A stretch of 64,000 nt of DNA, from NCBI GenBank assembly GCA_965216565.1, contig OZ244170.1, positions 576,001-640,000 on the forward strand, written 5' to 3'. Below the pieces are notes generated by a model. The model saw only the letters and a program-made list of their open reading frames with translations. It had not been told where the DNA came from and searched no databases. Positions 59,590 through 64,000 of this stretch are shown here, piece after piece (the first letter of the stretch is position 1; each line of letters opens with the position of its first letter). The DNA is from Bythopirellula sp. Lineage in GTDB: Bacteria; Planctomycetota; Planctomycetia; Pirellulales; Lacipirellulaceae. The position numbers and the translations under genes are program-made.

Positions 59590-61977
59590 ATGAAATACCA
59601 AAGCGTTTGGTCGTTCCACCTTAGGGAGCGGCATTCTATTGTTCTCATCGCTTTGCTGAGCCTTATTTCTTGTTCTGTTCTGAGCGAAAGTGCGCTTGCC
59701 CGGTTCCTAGAGAATATCGAAAACGATATTCGCCCTGTGGTCTTCGTCACATTTCCTGAAAAGACAGATTCCCCGGTCGCCCTTGGTGTGTTTGACACAG
59801 GAAACAACAATATCACGATCGCCCCTTCGGCGAACGACTTGATTGGAATTGCGGTCGACAGAGCGGGCGACGAGTGGGTCAATGATAGTGTGGTTGGTGT
59901 GGCCACCGATATTCGAGCTGGGGGTTTTCTCGGAGCAGCACTGGACGGGCCGGAGAAAAAGAACGCTGCAGGCGAGAAAGCACATATTCTTACTTCTGCA
60001 TCTCGGTTGCCCAATGCAGCTCCTGTTACTAGAAACGATTTGAAGCCCTCATTAACTTATTTTGAAGCGGTCAGGTCTAGGTTCTCGATCGTCAACTTGG
60101 GTACTGCTTATGTTAGTGGAGGTGGGGGCGACACAAGTCCACTGGTGGCCATGGTCGATCCGATCAACGCACAGGTAATGCCTTTCCCGTTTACGAGTGC
60201 TGATCCAGCCACGGCGAACCCTGCAGACCCTAATCAGCATTTGATAGCTCCGCGATTACCGCTGGATCATTACGCCTCCAGTGTTTCATTCTTCGATCCC
60301 GATGACGCCCAGGTGCCTACCATCAAGCACAATTTTAACCCCAAGTACATGACTTGGGTGCAAATGGTAAATCCAGCCACGGGTGGTGCCGCTGATTTTA
60401 CTCGGGCGGAACCGGACGTCACTTTGGGTCCCGGGCCGCGCGCACCGACTGAGTTCCGGGTTGTGTTGCCAGAAGATAACGTTTTCAGGCTCGATGCGGG
60501 TACGTACTTGCCCGATACGGCAGCCGTGAACAATGCAGGCATCCTGATTGGTACCGATGCTCTCAATGAGTTTACTCAGTATTGGGACTTCAGTTCGAAT
60601 CCCAACAACGATCCGGACGGCGCCGGCGATGCGACGACTGCTCCAACTATCCTGCTATTTGGGCCAAGGAAGAGAGAAGAACTTATCCTAGCTGGGCCGG
60701 GCGTACTGATCGGTGTCGATCGGCACGCGAAAGGACTGGCACGCACAGGAGTGAATCAGCTAGCGGTACACGGACTGCCGCCTGAAATGCGAGAGAACGA
60801 AGCTGCACTCGTAGAAGTCTCAGAATCGCCCGAGCAGGCGGCGGCATTTTTTCGGACGCATCTTTCACACAGCAACGCCGCTTACATCAGTGGTGTAGAC
60901 GCTCTAGGCCTCAGTGGTTTGGGGCTGGATCATATCAATGGATCGTCCATGGGAGGTGATTTTATTCGGTTTCGTGAACGTGCAGATATCTATTTCTCTG
61001 TCGATCATGCTAGTGTTGGCATCACCGGTGCTGGTTTCGGGTTTGGCGGCGGTGTCGATGGACAAGCAGCACTAGGCCAGCACGCCGGCGACGTATTTCG
61101 CAGCGCTGCAGGAGCCCCCCTCTTCTTTCCCGGCAGAAACATCTTGATGATCAATCAGGATGTTATGGGTCTAGGTTCAAACGTGGGGCCCTTACACGAC
61201 GCCGAGGGACGAGGCCATGCCGACAATCTAAGCCTACTCGATCTCAAGACACGTGATTCTTACAAAGTAGATTTTACTTTCACCTCAGTAGGAATCATGA
61301 GCAACTTAGACCCAGTCATCAAATCGCCGGGCGACGAGCGCGACCCAGCCTCAGATGTAGCACGCGCCACCAAGAGTCCCCGCCGCGACATCTATGGTTC
61401 AACGTTCGATACCTACTTCACCCTCGATGCCGCGAGTATTAGCCTGGCACCAAACTCGGCAGCCGATGTCCTTGTCAATAACGCACCTGGCGACGGTCCC
61501 GGGTTTCATCTGTTTGCCCTCGCCGAGCAATCAGGGCTACTAGTAGCGGACGACATCGATGCCATTTCAATAGAGCGTTTTGTGCTCGCTCCACAAGTCG
61601 ATGTTTTGGCTGGTACGGAGCTTGTCTCTGACCCTAACGATATTATTGACGACCGCTATATTCCCGGCGGAGGGTTATTTACGATTGATTCTTTTGCCGG
61701 GCTACCTTCCGATACCATGATGTTTTCGCTATCGCGTGGCTCGCCGACTCTCGATATTTTTGATCCTTTCCTAGGTCGAAAGTTGTCGGCAGCCGATGTG
61801 TTTGTCACAGACTTTGATGGCACGTTTGCTATGTTCTCTTCAGCAGAAAGTCTCGGCCTCAATCCATTGATGGACAACATCGATGCCCTGGATGGCGCGA
61901 AGCACATTCCCGAACCGAATTCTGTGGCACTACTCGCATTGGCCGGGTTTCTGTGTGGACGATGGAGACGAACCTAG
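59590..61977 (+). CDS. PEP-CTERM protein with putative pepsin-like aspartic-peptidase N-region and repeated C-region
   Basis: Signal peptide, FDTG, PDTA, ILIGTDAL...YWDF, FS/T..SAADV..LGL..DNIDAL-type repeats, IPEPNS-TM-RWRR. Confidence 0.7.
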   Translation: MKYQSVWSFHLRERHSIVLIALLSLISCSVLSESALARFLENIENDIRPVVFVTFPEKTDSPVALGVFDTGNNNITIAPSANDLIGIAVDRAGDEWVNDSVVGVATDIRAGGFLGAALDGPEKKNAAGEKAHILTSASRLPNAAPVTRNDLKPSLTYFEAVRSRFSIVNLGTAYVSGGGGDTSPLVAMVDPINAQVMPFPFTSADPATANPADPNQHLIAPRLPLDHYASSVSFFDPDDAQVPTIKHNFNPKYMTWVQMVNPATGGAADFTRAEPDVTLGPGPRAPTEFRVVLPEDNVFRLDAGTYLPDTAAVNNAGILIGTDALNEFTQYWDFSSNPNNDPDGAGDATTAPTILLFGPRKREELILAGPGVLIGVDRHAKGLARTGVNQLAVHGLPPEMRENEAALVEVSESPEQAAAFFRTHLSHSNAAYISGVDALGLSGLGLDHINGSSMGGDFIRFRERADIYFSVDHASVGITGAGFGFGGGVDGQAALGQHAGDVFRSAAGAPLFFPGRNILMINQDVMGLGSNVGPLHDAEGRGHADNLSLLDLKTRDSYKVDFTFTSVGIMSNLDPVIKSPGDERDPASDVARATKSPRRDIYGSTFDTYFTLDAASISLAPNSAADVLVNNAPGDGPGFHLFALAEQSGLLVADDIDAISIERFVLAPQVDVLAGTELVSDPNDIIDDRYIPGGGLFTIDSFAGLPSDTMMFSLSRGSPTLDIFDPFLGRKLSAADVFVTDFDGTFAMFSSAESLGLNPLMDNIDALDGAKHIPEPNSVALLALAGFLCGRWRRT

Positions 61978-61980
61978 GCA

Positions 61981-62973
61981 ATGACTAGCCATAGTTGTGT
62001 GGTGCGGCGTTCTCGCAAATGGCCGCTGCTGACTGCGACCGCACGTTTCAAGGCGCTTACTGCGAGTATTCTGTTAGCGTCTCTGTGCTGCGTTGCAAGT
62101 GAAGCGGAGGAGATCGAGTGGCAGGAGATGATTGACGTGCGACTTGCGCGCGGCGTGCGGTTATACCAGGGCTCGCGGAGTTTTCCAAAGCTGAACGCTT
62201 ATTACATAGATGTTGATCTCAACCACAAAGTTCTCTCTCTAAAACCGCTTCTTTTTGACGATAAAAGAACGGTGGCAGAGCATTTGGCAGGTACCGACAT
62301 AGTGGCTGCGATTAACGGCGGCTACTTCGGCGGCAATGCCAGTTATTCCACGGTTATTTCCAGTGGCAAGGTACGCGCTATCAATGTTAAATCCGTTACA
62401 CGCAATGGAGCGGCTCTTCCCGTCCTGCGTAGTGCGCTTTGTCTCTATAGAGATCGAAAACCTAGAATTCAGTGGGTGTACCACTTTAACCAAGGTTCCA
62501 ATGGCTTGTTCACGTTCGATAGTCCACTCACCTACCGAAGGAACAGCAAGTCGCCACAGCCGACGCCTTTAATGGAGAAGGGCGAGCGTACCACCAAGCT
62601 TTGGGGAGCGATTGGTGGGGGGCCGAGATTGGTGCGGAGTGATAAAATCGAAATCTCCTACGACGAAGAAGTGTTTTGGGATTCTGGTGTGACTTTCGAT
62701 AAGCCTGATCCCCGTACCGCGGTAGGTATCACAGCAGACAACCACGCCATTCTGTTAGTCGTAGATGGTCGGCAGCCACACTTAAGCAGCGGACTTTCTC
62801 TGCCCGAATTAGCTTCCACGATGCGAATTCTAGGCTGTCGAGATGCCATGAACCTGGACGGTGGCGGCTCTTCACAATTGGCAACGCCGGATGGGTTCGT
62901 CAATTCCCCCAGCGAGCTTCGAGCGGTCCCAGCAATTCTCGCGGTAACCAGCCAAGAATCTCACAATCACTGA
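61981..62973 (+). CDS. Phosphodiester glycosidase (NAGPA/DUF2233) family protein
   Basis: AAINGGYF, GGGPRLV, PRTAVG, VVDGRQ, AMNLDGGGSS. Confidence 0.9.
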   Translation: MTSHSCVVRRSRKWPLLTATARFKALTASILLASLCCVASEAEEIEWQEMIDVRLARGVRLYQGSRSFPKLNAYYIDVDLNHKVLSLKPLLFDDKRTVAEHLAGTDIVAAINGGYFGGNASYSTVISSGKVRAINVKSVTRNGAALPVLRSALCLYRDRKPRIQWVYHFNQGSNGLFTFDSPLTYRRNSKSPQPTPLMEKGERTTKLWGAIGGGPRLVRSDKIEISYDEEVFWDSGVTFDKPDPRTAVGITADNHAILLVVDGRQPHLSSGLSLPELASTMRILGCRDAMNLDGGGSSQLATPDGFVNSPSELRAVPAILAVTSQESHNH

Positions 62974-63021
62974 TAGAGTGGCTGCAACAAGGATAGTGCA
63001 CGCAAGTTGCCAATGGCTATA

Positions 63022-64000
63022 TCAATGGTATTCTGCGTGCCGTCTTCTGGTACTGCCGATCATACCCCATGCGAGAAGATTCGTTGCTATCAGAATAGAT
63101 CCAGGTTCAGGGATGACGGCCGCGATTGGACCACTTGGCAAAGTCCCTAGTCCAAACTGCAACTGCCACTGCAGGAAATCGAGCCCATCACTGACTCCAT
63201 CATCGTTGGCGTCAGCCAATGGATCGAGGTTGTAAGACGATTCCCACTCTGCCAAATCCGACCCGTCGACTTTGCCATCAAAATCGAAGTCGGCCGAAAA
63301 AGTAACCACATCGAATGCGTGCTCAGCCAGGAACGAATGAGCCGCTGTCGTTGGATGGATTTCGTCCCAGAATAGGTACTTATCTGGCTCGTCAACAATC
63401 AGATTGGAATCGTAATCGTTGGTGTCAAATTCTAGCCCTGGTGCAGCAGAGTCTGTCGCATTAATCAGGCCAAAAGCTGCCGGGTTGTTCACTGCATTGT
63501 TTATCAGACCGGCTACGTCGAGTCGAAATAGATCAACGTGTGGGGAATTCGTTTCTATCGTGTCGAGAGCTAACGAAAGTGCACCGTTGAAACTTGACGT
63601 GACGGCGTTAATCGCGGCCGACTGATTTGGATCGCTATTAAACCTTGGCGTGAGGCCCAGCAGGGGGAGGTTGGCTACTAAGACGTTCTCAGCGCCGGCA
63701 TTGATTAAGCGGTTAATGTCGTTGACCAGACTCCCAACGGGAGCGTTAACGTTTGTTTCTCCATCCAGCAGGTCGTTGTTACCTGCAAAAATCAGGAAGA
63801 GAGAATCAGAGGCAATGGTGGGACTGGAATCCAAATAGTCGTCGACTTGATCGTCGACATCATCAATGACAATCGATTGAAGAATCCCGGTTCCTGTGGT
63901 CTTCGCATTTGCATAGGCATAGTTGGTCCCGCCAGAGAGACTGTGAGTCAGCGGATCCAAACCCAACAGGCTTGCGAACTGCTCGGAATAAACGGGGCCA
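63022..64000 (-). CDS. SGNH/GDSL hydrolase with dockerin-like repeat and PEP-CTERM (5' end outside window)
   Basis: GGTNYA, FAGNNDL, FWDEIHPT, IPEPGS-TM-RRR; frame open to the window end. Confidence 0.88.
   Translation of the reverse strand, partial: GPVYSEQFASLLGLDPLTHSLSGGTNYAYANAKTTGTGILQSIVIDDVDDQVDDYLDSSPTIASDSLFLIFAGNNDLLDGETNVNAPVGSLVNDINRLINAGAENVLVANLPLLGLTPRFNSDPNQSAAINAVTSSFNGALSLALDTIETNSPHVDLFRLDVAGLINNAVNNPAAFGLINATDSAAPGLEFDTNDYDSNLIVDEPDKYLFWDEIHPTTAAHSFLAEHAFDVVTFSADFDFDGKVDGSDLAEWESSYNLDPLADANDDGVSDGLDFLQWQLQFGLGTLPSGPIAAVIPEPGSILIATNLLAWGMIGSTRRRHAEYH

Overview
Bacterial chromosomal segment, most likely from a planctomycete (Pirellulales/Lacipirellulaceae-like). This is inferred from a DUF1559 prepilin-like gene and several PEP-CTERM proteins with dockerin-like repeats. 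There are three zones. (1) 1-27.8 kb is housekeeping: yacG, P-II, metzincin, dsbD, glgX, purM, argCJ, split coaB/coaC, rpoZ-gmk-yicC, secG-tpiA, pheA, dnaK-clpB and tRNA-Ser(UGA). dnaK has a canonical sigma-54 promoter with upstream TGCCA-N3-TGGCA palindromes, and a periodic hairpin covers the clpB ribosome-binding site. (2) 28-38.8 kb is an unusual nitrate-respiration module: Rrf2 regulator (probable CTG start), porin, tetraheme cytochrome, NrfC/NrfD-like pair, napD-napA, an internally duplicated tetraheme NapB, then globin and hemerythrin genes. A 22-bp operator-like motif occurs in front of three of its transcription units. (3) 39-64 kb is a glycan-utilisation locus: ThuA-like protein, GH94-like phosphorylase, ROK repressor, unknown TIM-barrel protein, SSS transporter with a large repeated insertion, DUF1559 plus lipoprotein, and six PEP-CTERM genes (GH16-like, PL6, GDSL, pepsin-like, one of unknown function, one frameshifted). 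Three promoters here share the architecture TTGCNT-N17-TAAGAT with a palindromic core, a candidate ROK regulon. All calls are by eye from motifs; no database searches were run.
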